Positions 12,384 to 26,779 are shown, counted from the first letter of the whole stretch. The stretch is 55,247 bases of DNA, filler included, from Basidioascus undulatus (GCA_000826855.1; 3 parts of 3 records of this genome joined end to end with filler, not necessarily neighbours in it); one strand, 5' to 3'. The notes: a model not told the origin generated them from the letters alone. Translations and numbers: made by a program.

Positions 12384-15300
12384 CTATTGATCTACTGGCG
12401 CATGCTCCGGGTGCCCTAGCTGCTGTCGCTCGTCCTCGGGAGTGAGCACTGCCGGCGGACTCTGTTGGCACGTAACCAAGGAGGGTGAGCATCGGGCAGA
12501 CGTAGTGAAAGCAAGGCAGGGACCATCGCACCTCCGCCTTGATAGCGTCGATCTCGGCTCGCTCGTGCGCCTCGGCCTGGCTGGCAATGACCGCGCCCGA
12601 CTTGAATTCGCTTCCGTTCTGCGCGAGCTCCTCCTCGAACTCGCCCTCCACGCTGCAGAGCCGAAGCCGCGAAAGGCAAGGTCAGCTCTGCGGCTGCTGA
12701 GCGGAACGCGGCAAAGAGACGCACAGCTCGCGAATCCACGGATGATCCATAAGCTCCTCGGCGTTTGGTCGGAGGTTCGCGTCGATGGTGAGGCACTGGC
12801 GGATAAAGTCGATACCAAGGTCGCTGAGCTCTCCGCGCTCGGGCAGCGGCGGGTGCTTCGTCGCGATGCCGATGTGGAACTGTGCGAGCGTATCACGGAC
12901 CCCAACCCGGTTCAGCTTTCGCCCGCCTAGGAAATGCGCGGAAGACGCCAACGCACCATGATCGCCCATTCGTTATCGAGGTTCTGGCTCCAAGGTTTCC
13001 GGCCGGTCGCGAGCTCGAGGACGACGCAGCCCAGTGACCAGATGTCCATCGCGCCGTGCCGGCCCGTCATCCCACCCTTGATCACTTCGGGGGACATATA
13101 CATCGGCGTGCCCGTAAGACTATTGTTGACCGCGCCGCCGCCGAGGTCGCCGCGGTTGCCCGCGCGCGTCCGCGCCGCCATCGTCTTGTTCTTCGCAAGC
13201 ACCTTAGCCGCGCCGAAGTCGACAAACTTGAGCACGCCTTGGTGGTCGAGGAGGATGTCTGAAGAACGATGGTTCGTCAGCAAGACGAAGGCCGCGGAGT
13301 ACGAAGGCGGCGAGGGGAGGGAACGCACTGTCCGGCTTGATGTCGCGGTGGACGACGTTCTGCGAGTGGAGGTAGACGAGGCCCTCGAGCATCTGGAACG
13401 CGTAGACGCGGACGACGCTCTCGTCCTCGATGCGGCCGTGCTCGAGGAGGTCCGAGAGTGAGCCGCCCTGGCAATACTCCTCGAAGATGTAGACCTTGTC
13501 GCGGTGGACCTCGATGCCGTAGTACTCGACGATGTTCGGGTGGCTGAGCATCTCCATGACGCGCATCTCGTCGTGAATCTGTTTGTAAAGCGTCGACGTG
13601 TTGTTGACGTCCTGGAACCGGATCTCCTTGACGGCCATGATCCCGCCCGTGTCGAGGTTGACGCCGAGGTAGACGCTCCCGAACGTGCCCGCGCCGATGA
13701 ACCGCCCCTGCTGCCAGCGGATGGAGATGTTCGAGTTGGAGGAAGCGAGGAAGACGAGCGAGCGGTCCTCGGGCTTCTCGTCGTCGAGCACGCGCCCGAC
13801 CATGCGCTGGTCTGCCTCGAGCTCCTTCCGTGCCGCGTCGAGCGCGTCGATCTCGCGCACCCACTCCTCGCGCGTGAGCCGCACGCTCCGGTCCGGGCCG
13901 CCGAGGTCGATCCATCCGCCCTCCACTGGCCACTCGTCTGCGCCCCACTCGTCCTCGTCGCCCGCGGCCCCAGCGGACGACATCATCATGCGGAGCCGCC
14001 GCGCCTCCTCCTTCGCCTCCTGCTCCTTCTTCGCTTCGTAGCTCGAGCGGGCGCCGAGGATGTCGAAGTGGCTGATGAGGAGCGTCATGCAGCTCGCGAC
14101 CTTGGCGCGCAGCATCCCAAACTCGTCCTCCTCGAGGTTGAGGATGTTCTCGCCGCGCGTCATGGACATCGCGAACTCGAGCGCGTTGACCGCCCATCGG
14201 AACGTCTTGCGGTCCGTCGGGATGCAGTCGTCGCAGATGAACGAGACCCACTGAATCGCGAGGTGCATCATGTGCCGGTTGAACTTGTCGTACGCGGCGG
14301 GCTCCATGTACCGGATCGCGTGCTGCCCGTGGTCGGCCGCGAACGAATACCAGTTCGCGAGGAGCTCCTGCCGCCCAGGGATCGTCCGCATCGTCGCGCG
14401 CACCTGCTCGGGCGAGCGCACGATCGCGATCGACAACCGGTACGCGGCCCGCGCGATCTTGCGCAGCTCGCGGTTGATCTTGGGCAGGTGCGCCTGCTCC
14501 GCGACGAGCGTCTCGAGCGGAAAGACAACGTCCGCGTCCGACGGGTCGTCCCATATCGACAAAAACCGGTTCTTCGCGTCGACGAGCTGCTTCGCCGGGC
14601 CATCGGCGATCAGGCGCACGCGCCGCTCGCGGAGGTCGAGCTCGACAGGCGCCATGTCCTGGAGCTCGAGGACGCGGCCGGTCCACCAGAACGGATCGCG
14701 AGGCGAGAGCGCGAGCAGGTAGCAACCGTCCGAGCCCCACGCGTCGTACTCTGCCGAATCTCTCCGCTCGGGGCGCACTGCGGCGGTCGGGGGCAGGTCC
14801 GCGCCGTCCGTCGCCATGGTTCCCCGGCGGGACGCGAGCCCTGGCTGATCTGCCGCGTCGAGCGGGCCGTCCTCCGCCCCAGAGACGGCTTCGCCTCGCG
14901 CGCGCGCGCTACGGACCGTGATCGCTTTGGAGAGCATCGCACGGATCTTGTCGGGCTTGTCCGCGAGCGAGGGCTCCGCGACGAGGTAGATCCCCTCGGA
15001 GGTGAGGAAGTCGGCATAGACGAGGAAGTGGCTGGACTGGATGAGCGCGCTGATGAATGAGCCGAGGTCGGCCGCGCTGAGGTCATACTCGGCGGAGTTG
15101 TCGAAGCGGAGGGCGAGGCGTCTGTAATGACCCGCCCACTTGATCAGCACCGCAGTCCGTTGTGAGAGAAAGAATGCGAGTCGTGGTGGCGCACTTGGAG
15201 AACCGATGCAGCTTGCGGTATCGCAGACGGACATTCTCGAGGATCGTGTTGTACCAGAGCGTCATCTCCTCGGGCGGCATCTCCTTGGTCTCGGGGACCT

Positions 15301-17171
15301 TGAGCTGGATCTCGAAGTAGTTGATGACGCGGACCATGAGCTTGTTCGTGAGGGAGCTGCAAACCCATCCCACCCCGCGACATTCAGGAACGCCACACGG
15401 ACAAGACCGCCGGACTATGGAAGCCTGAACGCACCTGAAGTGCTCCGCCACGAGCAAGTCGCCGCCCTCGATCTCCTCGACGACGCCGAGCAAAAAGTCC
15501 CACTGCTCCTCGAGGATCTCAGTCTCCTTGAAGTAGATGGCCTTGCTCCCGCTCTTGAGTTTCCAGTGCAGGAGCTTGAAGAAGAACCAGAGGGCCTGGA
15601 GGAGGACGCCGTCGTAGTCCTCGTCGATGCACGGCGGGAGGTCCCACGCGCTCTGGCCGGGCTCGGGCTCGCGGGGCGCCATGAACGCCGAGTAGCGCTT
15701 CTTGATCGCGCACGCCTGCGCGAGCGCGGCACGGAAGTCGTCGAGCATCTGGTCGATGACGAGCACGCTCGGCTCGTTGACCTTCTGCGCGTAGTCGAGC
15801 CGGACCTTGAGCGCCTCCTCCATCAACCGCGTGGGGAACTGCACGAGCGTGAGCAGCTCTGCCTCGTACAGCGGGAGGTTATACTCGGCGAAGAGGTGCC
15901 CGCTGTGGATGTGGAGCTTCTTGGCGCCCTCGAGGATGCGGTCGAGCGTGCCAAGCGTGCGCCGCTCAAACATCCGCTGCATTGTGTCCTCCTTGAGGAT
16001 GCGCTCGACGAACGACGTCGGCTCCACGGCGGGCTGGCCCTTGCGCTGCTGCTCCTCGACGGGCAGGCTCCCGCCCTCGCTCGGGCGCGCGATGATCGCC
16101 GCGTCGACCTGCGTCTTCTTCGTCACGTCCAGGTCGTCCGAGCCCGTCCACGCCTTGAGCGCTTCGACCGCGGAGCGCAGGCTGCGCGTGACCGTCGCCC
16201 ATGAGTTGAGCGCGTCGAGCTTGGTCTTGAACTCGGGGCTCCGGTAGAGAGGCTTGGCGTCGTCGAGGGCCGCGTAGTGCGGGTACAGGCTCTCAGCGTA
16301 CTCGATCTTGCGCAGCAGCTTCTCGACCTGGTGCAGCGCATCCGGCGGGCTCGGCGTCTGCGCCTCGCTCCGGGCGTCGCCGTCCGCCCGGAAGTCGCGC
16401 GCCTCCTCCAAGATCGCGTCGACGCGGAGCCGCCGCTCCTCCAGCCGATGCCGCTCGTCCTCGACCGTGCGCCCGCGCAGGCGCGCCCGTAGCCCGAGCC
16501 AGATCTCGTACTGGAGCGCGGAGCGGCCCTCGATCTCGTTCTCCTTGAGCGCGCCGATCATGCGCGTCTTCTCGGACTTCAGCACCTCGCCCTGCAGCAC
16601 GGACGCGAGCATCGTCTGCCACTCGAGCCGCTCGCGGCCCTCGAGGTCGTCGGGCGGGACGACGGGCGTGGAGGCGCGCGTGTCTTGCGGGAGCGCATCT
16701 TCTCGACCGAACGACGCCGCGGAGCCGATCAATCGTCGCTGTACGCTGATCCCGTCTACGCCTCGGAGGTGTCCTCGCCCAAACGCCGCCATGCTGTCCC
16801 CGCCCTCCTCGTCCGACCCCTCGCCTGCGTCGACGAGCTCGCCCAGCCCCCGCTGGAAGTAGTCTCGATCGGGGTCATCCTCCGCGGCGTGTTTGAGTCC
16901 TTGGCGGATGACGCGTCGGGCGCGCTCGGTTGAGCGCTCGGGCTTGAGTGGGTGTCGGTGTCGGACGGTGCCGTTGGAGTGGGGGAGGGAGACGTCGGAG
17001 GTGGAGGAGGGGATGGTGGCTTCGGGGGTGGGAAGTGATTTTCAGCTTGGAGTGCAAGTGGGGAAAGGGAGCGTGAGACGCACTGCCGTCTTCGTCGACT
17101 TGATCTTCCAGATGGGTGTACAAATCGGACGGCGGTTGATGCAGGCCGCTGGATATCCGGGCTTTTGGCAT
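12384..17171 (-). CDS. SSK2: MAP kinase kinase kinase of the HOG/stress pathway (Ssk2/Wis4/Win1 family)
   Basis: N-terminal family motifs RERLEWQTMLASVLQGEVLKSEKTR and WVSFICDDCIPTDRKTFRWAVNALEFAM. Kinase domain WQQGRFIGAGTFGSVY, AVKEI, HRDIKPD, DFG, GTPMYMSPE, DIWSLGCVVLE. Exons join through canonical introns from ATG 17171 to stop 12384. Confidence 0.95.
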
Positions 17172-18964
17172 GGTTGGGGGGATGAAGAAGGAAGTGGAGG
17201 GAGTGGGCGGCTAACGTGATGGGAAGCGAACGCTGAACGGAAATGTGGAAGTCAGCCCTCCCCGTTCGGAAACTGCCGCTGTGTATTTCTGGACAACACG
17301 ACCGCCCCGCTCCAGACCAGCCTTTTCCCAGCCTGCTCAAAGCAGAGACCGATCCAGTCGCTCCCTTGACTCGGGAGCACGGCTCACCTGAGACGGAGCG
17401 GGTGTCCCAGATCGACAGGTGGGCCGTGATAAGAGTGCGGAGTGACAGCGAATATGCCGAGCCCGGGGGAGGGTGGGTGGTGGGAGCGGGAAGAGCGGGC
17501 GGAGAGGAGGTGTAGCAGAGTGTTGCTACGGGGGAGAGCGGCACTGAGTGAGCGGGCTGTTCGTGGATGCCTGTGGCTTCTAGGCAAGACGGTCGGCCGG
17601 ACGAGCTGAGCGTTCTGCCTTGCCGAGCTGGACGTCCGTCCTCGCGGCCGGCATGAGGGTGTATCATCCCGCGAAGTCCCATAATCGCAATGCGACTTTC
17701 CAGACCCATCCACCAAAATGCGCCTGGCGCTCACCCTCGGCGATACAAGAAGACGAGCTCGAGGCGTTGATGAGCCGAGCGAGCAGCGATGCGTGCACGA
17801 ACGCGCGCCGTTCAGGATCGAAGCGCCGGTCGACTGCGATCGAGTCTATCGCCCCTCAGAGCTCTATCGACGTCGACGAGAGTGGTCAGTACGGCGGGGA
17901 GCGGGAGCGTGAGCTGCGAGTGTGTGAAAGATGATCAGCGCGATGCGAGGCGACGGACGACGTCAAGTCCTCAGACGGCTTTCGATCCTCCACACAAGGC
18001 CGAGGAACAACCGTGGAAATCACTCGCGGAGCCATTTACTTGCAGTCGTTGAAACAGGCTCATTTGTACCGCGGACACAGTGGTCGAGAGATTTCCTCAA
18101 TAGTAAGACAAAGTAATACGGCAAGATCTGTCCCAGCACGCCCGACCGTGTTGCATTCGTGGCACTGCGCCGCCCTGGGCTGCATCCTTACCGAGGCCTC
18201 CTGACTTCCTCCAGCGCTTTGAAATAGTTCCAGACAACCCAGAAGAGAAAGAACTGCCGAAATATATATATATGAATAATCATTTAGCCCGTACCCGACC
18301 TATCGTATGTGCAACAGCATCCGTGATTCGCATCATCCCGCACTACCTTGCAGACTGGGGCGTCTAGAAGGTTGCAACTTCGTGACATCGCGCGGCGGAG
18401 GTGCATCCCGCACTGAAGCACCCTGCCATAACGCAATGCCTTTCGAATGAAAATTGATTAGAAACACTGTTTACGGCCGATTAAACACGGCTGAATCTAT
18501 CATTCACGAAAGACCCAAGGCCGGTCTCCAAACACCGTTAAAAACTTTGCCCAGTTCCACGCCACAAGATGAACGTGCCGAGTAGTCACAGTTGAATAGA
18601 GAGTATAAACAGAGTTCGGGATGAACAAAAGACATGAGATACAGGCATGAGGTTCATTCAGTATACTCATCCGTACGGTGCAGCGCTGCCTTTATCAAGT
18701 TCCCAGCTGGCTATGCATCTTCTCCCGGGGGAAGTGCAGCCCAGCGCACGGTAAGGAGTACCACCCCCGGCCCTTGTTCTTGTGGGAAAGGAACACCTTC
18801 AACTAAATGATCCCACATGGGAAAGCAATGCATCACTTCGCGAGATACCCGGCCTTTCGGATGCGCAATAGCATCCGCATCGACCGAATCGTCCTGCTTT
18901 GATGTGGACATGTTCCGTCTGCTCTTCCTTACACACCGCCAGAACCAACCCATTCCTATTAATC

Positions 18965-20029
18965 ATGAGCAACCCAGAAAAGTTAACAAACTCTTCCCCC
19001 CTGCAACCGACGCCGCCGCCGACAGCGTCCTGCTCCGCCCCGACAGAGCACTCGGCGGTTGAACAAACAGCGCAAGCAAAATCGTCTTCGGACGCTGCTC
19101 AAGAAGCTTTCAGACCGTACGGGGTCGAAGGAAACAATGTAAACTTTGGTCGTAGATCGGCAGTCAACTGCAGCTGAGCGATAAAATCTGGAGTGGAAGA
19201 CAATCTCTACAACATCAAGATCTCCCCTCTCTTCGGCGAGCTTTACGGCGACTTCTCTTCAGCGAGCGAGATGGACTAAGGTGGGGAAAATTATGGCTTG
19301 AGACGACGGTCGGGCGTTCGGATCACCCTCTGCTCTCACCACCACACCCACCCAACTTTTCTCTGACACAACGTCCCTATACTTCGATCATGCCGCTCCA
19401 GGTTCAGCACACTCTCGTCGAAGTGCACACAATCATTACTCGCGGAGGCGAAGAAGAGGCTGTTTTCAGCCTGAACGGGTATCACGCCATCTGGCCATTC
19501 TGCGCAGGCATGTCGGCGCGACCTCACCGACTCGCGGACTCCGTGTCCAGCACTTACAGTCAAAGGAGGTCGCCGTTTCACTTGCGCTTTCGAGACGGAC
19601 ATGAAGTATCCAGGCGGCGTTTGGTTCGCTCTCGCGAGTGAGATGCTCGTGTTCGCTTATTCGAAATCCAGCCCGGTCTGGCTGTAACTTACGCGCGACC
19701 GCCTCGTTCAGCTCGTGGAGGACCTCCTCCACCCCGCTGATATGCGGGACTTGATCTGCCTGGTGCACTTGCTCACTTCTCGGCCCTGGTTTGAGCCAGT
19801 CAGTGCTGACCATACACCTCCCTGCGAGGTCTGCAAGGAGCCGTGCAGCTCCATGTGCAAAGCCTGCAAAGGTGCGACGTACTGCAGCGCGGAACACCAG
19901 GAAGAAGACTGGCCTGAGCATCGGGAGTTGCGTGGTTCTTGAACACACTTGACCTTGTGTGATTCAACTACACCAGACTGACGCACTCCTTCTGAACAGT
20001 GGTGCAAGGCATTCAGGTTGGAAGGATGA
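18965..20029 (+). CDS. MYND-type zinc finger protein (multi-exon, possibly disabled)
   Basis: CEVCKEPCSSMCKACKGATYCSAEHQEEDWPEHRE from 19823. The closing WCKAF exon starts at 20000 after a CTGAC..CAG acceptor, but the required phase-0 donor reads TTGCGT (19928) rather than GTGCGT. Upstream exon structure uncertain. Confidence 0.65.
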
Positions 20030-20876
20030 TGGCCAACTTGGAAGGGCTGCCCAACGAAGCATGCACGCATACGTTTGACAGTATGCATCACAAGTACCCC
20101 TCCAGAAGTGCAACTTTGAAATTCAGAGACAATCTGAATGGCATCATGTCTGTTGAAAGCCAACGGACTTTTGCTGGCTCAGTCCGAAGACGGCGCGCAG
20201 AGAGTGATGGAGTGGGAAGACAGAGAAAGAAAAAAAGAAGTACAGAATGACAGGGACTCGAAGGTCCGAAGGAAGAATGTCCAGCATGCGGAGAAATTGC
20301 GAAAGGGCAAATAGGTCGCGTTCGCATCACGGAATCGGCCAAAGACTGACATACCAGACTGCCAGCGAAAGAGGCATGCGAGAAAGAAAAGCTTGTCTGA
20401 TGCAAACATCGCAAAGCAATATCAGAAGAGCATCACAGGGTATCCCCAGACGCGAGGGAAGGAAGAGGGCGGCTTGGGGTGGAGAAGAAGACGTCGAGAA
20501 CCAGGAGGCGCTCGCAGATCGCTGCAACGGTGTTGCTTTCGGCTTTCCTTCCTCAAGCCGCATGCACTTTGCCAACTGCATACTTCGATATCAATGGCGA
20601 GCCATGGTATGTTTAGCGAATCAGAGCGCAAGCAGCAGACTCAGATGCTTTCGATGCAGTTCCTTGGCAATGCAAAAGTTGAAGTACAGTACGATACGCG
20701 CGCCCGGCAGGGTATACGAAAGTGCGGGAGGGAAAAAGAACGTGAAGGTGAAGATGGTTCCGGTTGCAACGTCCATATGCGTACGAGATAGAGACAAACG
20801 AAAGGAGGGACAAAGCAGTTTCAGAACCCCGAAGAGATGATGTAGATTGTCCGTGGCAATCCTGATTGACCTTGGG

Positions 20877-22529
20877 TTAGTCCTCCCAGACTCGACGCAG
20901 CCCCGAAGACCCGCGGCGCGCAGCGGCGTCTGCGTCTGAGGACGAGCGCCTCGAGGACGGGTCGTCGCGCAGGCTGAGGTCCGCCAGGCGCGCAGCGCTG
21001 TCGCCGCACTCGTCCGAGCCCCGCTGGCTGCGAACATATTCGAAGCTCGTGGGGTACGAGTACGTAGAAGCAATGCTCGACGCGTCCGACGATCGGTTGG
21101 AGCGGTACCCGCCCCAAGAAGAGGGTGGCGCGGAAGAGACCGAACCGACTTCGGAGGACGCACTCCAGGGGGTGGAACCCGGAGCGGGAAAGTGGTACGC
21201 CGTCGGGGCGGGGGCAGTGGGAGGAAAGGGGGCGGGGGTAGGCTGAGCGTGGGAGGGGCGATTCCATGGGTCCGAGAAGGAACGTCCTCGCGGCGAAAGG
21301 AGGGGTCGCGGCCACGCTGAGGGGGGTTGTGCGCCCGTGGAGGAGGAAGAGGAGACGAAGGATTGTGCGGGCGGCGCGGCGATGGGGGGCAGGGCGACAC
21401 TGCTAGCTCGCCTTGGCTCCTCCGCCGACCGCCCCTGCACCACTGCGTCTATCGTGGGCAAAGACGGGCGCGGGCCTGCGCGCGCGCCTTGCGGGAGGAT
21501 GGGCGGGAGGCGAAGGGGATCGGACGGCTTGGGAGGAACGGGGGGTGGCAAGGGCGGGAGCCCGCGCTGCATGCTTGTGCTCATGCTCCGGGGGAGAGGG
21601 GGGGGAGGTGGAGGAGGGAATGTTGCGTAGGTGGAGAAAGAAGATGGCCCTGGTCTGGGCGCCGGCGCCGGCACGGAGGGATGAAAAATGGCGGCCTCGT
21701 CCTGGTGGATAGGCGGTGCGTGCGCGTACGAAGGATAAGGGTGGTGCGCCGACATGGTCTGGTACGGTGGATGCGCGAGCGAGGGGTGGGCGATGGGCGG
21801 TTGCTGGTGGAAGGCGACTGGCGGAGTCGAAGTGGAGGAAGACCCGATGCCGGCGCTGCTATGGCGTCGAGCCTTTTGCCTCTGATTCTGAAACCAGATC
21901 TTGAACCGTATGTAAGCTGACAGCATAAAGGGCAATCTCTGAAGAGGAAATCATGCTTACCTGCACTTTGCGGGGAGTCAGCCCAATCTGTCTTGCGACT
22001 TGCTCGCGCATGGCGGTGGAAGGAAAGCGGGTCTACGGATGAAGAGCGGGGTATGAGCCTCGCCATATAAGGCGAAGATTGATAAAGAAGAAAATGTACG
22101 TACCTGAGCCAGCAGATCATACAAAACGGCCGCTTGATGCGGCGTTGTCAACGTCCGAGTGCGTTTCTTCCTCGGCGGCTCGTCCGCCGAGCCCAGCGGC
22201 TCGGCTCCAGCCGCGGCTGAGCTCGACTGGAATTCGTCCGTTTCTATCTGTGTCTGGCGAGTGCGCTTCGGTGACGGCGCGCGTGAGCCTGCCGACTCTT
22301 CGCCTGGAAGCGACGAGGTCGTGGTTTCGGGCGAGTCTGAACGGGACGATTGCGGGGACGCATGGCGATAGTAGGAGTGATGGGCGGGCTGTTGGAAGGG
22401 TTCCCCTGTCGGGAACGGCGGTAGGCTGGGCGGCAGCTCTGGGGAGAAAGCGGAGGATGCCGAAGATGGACGGGCGGCCCCAGCGGAGGTGGCCGCCAGA
22501 GGCAGCTCGGGAAGTGACCGACGTGACAT
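20877..22529 (-). CDS. Homeodomain transcription factor (non-mating-type)
   Basis: Spliced homeodomain RKKRTRTLTTPHQAAVLYDLLAQ / TRFPSTAMREQVARQIGLTPRKVQ / IWFQNQRQKARR with introns 22103-22033 and 21960-21900. Pro/Ser-rich C-terminus. Confidence 0.92.
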
Positions 22530-25500
22530 GTGAGAGGCTGTCGAGACCTCGTATTGACCGATATTGAGAGAAAATTGACGATAGTGCTATAACGAGCGGT
22601 TCGCGATCCCGAAGTGTAAGAGCGAAGGCAGTGCCAGCTGCCGAGAATGTGAGCGGGATCGAGGGGCGCTGCAATCGGATGGCACGCGAGCTCAGAAGCG
22701 AGCGTTGCGAAGCGAGCTGAAGCGCCGGTGGGAGAGACGAAAGGAGGATAAAGGAGTGTAGAATGGAGAGCCAGGCAGCCAGCCAGCCGGGAAAAAAAGG
22801 GGGGCGGTGACGGCGTATGGGACGAGGGTAAGAGGACAAGAGAGGGGCAGGGCAACTCCGTGTACGCTCGGCCGGACGCGTCGGCGGCTGCAATAGAAGC
22901 GGTAAGGGGTAAGAACAGACAGAAGGCGCGGATGTGGCTCGGGACAGGACGAATGATATTCATGAATTAAAGTGCAAGATGAAGCGGCTCGGCAGGGGTC
23001 AGAAGCCAGGGGAAAGTCGGACAACAGACAGGGTGCCTCGCGGGGAGGGCCAGCCCGTTGATGCCCGCTGCCACCCAAAGTCAGCCGTACACTTCACTTC
23101 ATGCACGCCAGCAGAGTAACTTGGATTCTGAGCGTTCTACGCACCCCCAACCGGCTGTTTTTCACCGTCAAGGCCGCACCTATTCCTGAGCAAGAGGCCC
23201 GGGTGCTAGAGCGAGGTTGACAAGGCGCGCCCAGTGCAGCCTTTCCCTTGCGCATCCTCCGCTTTGATCAGCGGGCAGTGAAGCTTGCAAAACTATCGAA
23301 AGCTGCGGTCATGCTGCACCCCACCATCAGCGTCCGCCCGCGTTCTCTCAGGGGCTCATCATCCCGAGTCGAGCACCCCCTTGCTAGCCTGCGCGCTCGT
23401 TTGAGACGTCACAATCGCGTGGCAGCCAGTTTCAGCGTGTTGCAGCGCGATTTCAGTCATCAACATGCACTCGCAAGCTACCAACGCGCACCAGACCGTC
23501 CTGCGCGGTCATGCGCGGTGTGGACTGCTTGTTTAACATGTTTGAACCGGCTTTTCATACGGAAAATTAACCAAATGAATGAATGTACGGAGATCAGGGA
23601 ATTGATATGCGCAGTTGTCGAGGGCCCCCGAAATCGTATTGTTGAACGGGCCTCGACTCTCAAGAGACACTCTCCAGAAGCAGCCTGGCAGACGGGGAAC
23701 CTACAACGCCGCTCTCGGACGCAGTTCACGGACCCACAGTCCCGCATGACACTGGGTCGGCTGTACTGTCGTATATCTCATACGACGCTGAAGAGCCGAG
23801 TTCATTCGGTGCGAGCAAGCGCAAGTTGCTCACAATCTGGCGATCAGTGCACAGCACAACCTTGTACAGTGGGGAACGACTCGGGAAATAGTAATATTTG
23901 TAAGCTTAGAGTCCAAGCACCCGCATTTGCCAAAATGAATGCGACGATGGAGCTCAGTTGATCTTCCATAACTCAGGGTCGACGAAGCGTTGGAGCCCAT
24001 TGGGCCTTTTGGCGTTTCAGACGTTAACTATCGTGAAACGTGAAACGTTTGCGGTGTTGCCGAATCTCGCGCGCGCGATTGGCATTCGATGCGTTGCGCG
24101 TCTCGGCTCCTGCATTTTGGAAGTTGTTCGTACAGCTCAATATGGCTCCGTCTGGTAACATGAAGCGCTGCTGCATGGCGCTGCAGGCCGTTGGAGTGTT
24201 CTGGAACGGACATTATGGTTTGAAGAAGCAGCCTGGTGTCTGAAAGCGCAGGATCGCACCATCCACAGGAAGACTTGCGAAGACTGTGATACACCTCAAC
24301 AGCGTCCGACTCCTTGATAAATAGCGTGTCCGTCATATCATAGGACAAACTGTGCGAAAACACTTGAGCCGAAGGGAGGACTGCTGATAGCAGCTCCCGG
24401 CCACTTCAGTTGTGGCGCCGGCACTAGCAACGCAAAGCAACGTCAGGGTCACCGTGCAAGGCCATCAACTTACTCCAGTATCCGTGCTTCCGTGGAACAT
24501 GTGATTGAAATGAAGGATGGCAAACGACGGCGGTCGTCATCACTGATTCATGATGGATGCCGGCCGAGGTCATCCATCCAGCAAGATTGATGCGCTTGGG
24601 CGCTGTTCAAGTTGAAACTCAGTGATCCTCGGCAATCCTCAAGGAAACTTTGGCCCGAAAATAGAAAGCCCATGCGCTGTTGGTTACTAGCACCTCGTAT
24701 TGGATCGGTTTCAGACCGTAAGAGTTTGTATACCTGCGAGATGATCTTGAAATTGCTGTACGAAGCATACAAAGCTCTATCCCACCCATGCTGCATCGTT
24801 TAACAAAGGGTTACTGACTCATTTTAGCCCAGCCCAAGTTTATCATGTTGAGAGGTGCCATGGGAGCTTACGAATGGAAGTAATATTACTTGCCGTAGAC
24901 TACTGCGAATGCCAACAGCGACCGGCATACAGTCGGCGGCCACTACGCTCACCGCAGCAGGCAGAGACCACCCTTTGCTGGGCATATCGGCGTCTGTAGT
25001 GTTGAGCCTCAGGGAAAACACACGAGGTGCAAGTAGGCCCTCCAAGGCAGCTTACGTAGAGTTAAATTAAGAAGGAAGAATCTGTACTTCAACCAAGGAT
25101 CTGTCCAACCCTCTGCTTTTCGGAATCTATTTTTCAGATGAGCTCTGGCATTCTGGTTTCGAGGCTTCTGACCGGACTATCAGCACCACTACCTGAATAA
25201 TACAGCATGATGAACAATCTAAAAGCACTGCGAATTACAGTCATGGCTGTAGTCTCGTGGTGGAGCTGGCTGTCACTTGGCCTGGGCGACTGAGCAACAA
25301 GCAGAGCCTCAACCTGCCGCTCGACTGTCAAGTGATCCTCGCCTATCATGAATATTAGGCTGCAGTACCATCAACCCCAGAGTCATATTCAAACTCTAGA
25401 GCTCTGCTCACCTGGCAGAAGGAGCCTGGCCACCGTTGCGTACGAATGGGCGAATGCTGTACCCACCTGGTTGCTGATACTTGCACCTCAGACCAGGTCA

Positions 25501-26779
25501 AGAATTTATACGGATTTCCGTTCTGGAGTGATAATTTCAGGTTTTTATCCATAAAACCAATCATCAGAGTGAAAAGCAGGATAGAAAGGCCCGGTAATGA
25601 GAGGTCGCTGAATAGCTGACGACGCAGTGCAGCTCAATGCTGAAACACCTGCTGAGACACATACAAACTCTCAAATTGAGTTACTTCATTTATTCTCTTT
25701 ACGTCTCGATCTGGTAGGATTGGCTAAGGAGCTTCGACCCTGGTCGTAGGGGACTAAAGAAGATGTGTGCCTATTTAGGGCATCCACCTTGTGCGTTCTG
25801 ACAAAAACCAAATCGAGTGTACTATTGCATCGTTATAAATGTTAGTTAAGAAGTATAAACTATATAACACACACAGTCGGCACCATATAAAGCACCATAA
25901 CGTTTCACATTCCCGGCGTGAGGCAACCCAGTGGTTGGAGGGTCGCGCCCGAGCCCATCGCTGGTCGCCCAATGCAACCCAACGATGGGGCGGTTTGGCT
26001 TGCATATTAAAGGAAGAACCCAGTGAGTATTGCCTCGAGGTACACTGCGTGTCAAGACCGCTGCCGCAGCATCTCGAGCAATCAGGGATGACGGTGATGC
26101 CGGCGCTTCCTCTGGACTCCACCGGCCTTTCAGCGTAAGTGAATCGTAAAGTGCTCAAACGATCTTATTCACAGCCAGATCCAGGAATATTTTTCGAGGG
26201 TTCACAACGTAAGCTTGGACGGGACTGCCGATGACTTGGATGGTGTGCTTGACGGTGTGCAAGCTTGCCTTACTGGCCCCGCCGCTGGACCGGTCATGAT
26301 TGCGAAGTGCGAACCGAAGATTTCCACTCGTTCGAGTGTTTTCCGTAAAGTGGCACAATGAAATCGATCATGCATACATGGTACGCCCTGCTGCAAGGAC
26401 GCCGCCCGTCGCCCTGGACTTTGCGGCTGGGATCCAGGATGCAGCATGGCGCACAAATCATAGCAGACTACCAATCTACGCCGAAGCAAATTGTCACGGT
26501 TGGCGAGACCCGTGGGACTGTATTCTCCTCTCCAGGACTGCTACCGCCTGGCAGCGAGCATGCATGCCGACCCGACCAGCACAATCCGCCCATGGCACAG
26601 TCTCAACAGGCTACCCGCCCCTCGACCTGCTCACGTTCCTCCGTCCACACGCGGCCCTGCGCGTCCACACCCCCAGGCAAACCAAGAACCAAGGTCCAGA
26701 ACCAAGCAAGCCGACGGGCAACGCAGCGCGCCGTCGTCGCGCGTCGCTCTGCCCTCGAGCACAGCCCTCCCACGGGCTC

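Noticed and set aside
12442..16862. Long plus-strand ORFs (e.g. 13504-15060, 15140-16204)
   Set aside because: Antisense shadows of GC3-rich SSK2. The same applies to overlapping ORFs over the CBS/PB1, homeobox and 5701-7247 genes.
20877..22529. Homeobox gene as a mating-type HD locus
   Set aside because: Single gene with no divergently transcribed HD partner. The N-terminus is low-complexity rather than a dimerisation domain, and no pheromone or receptor genes are visible.
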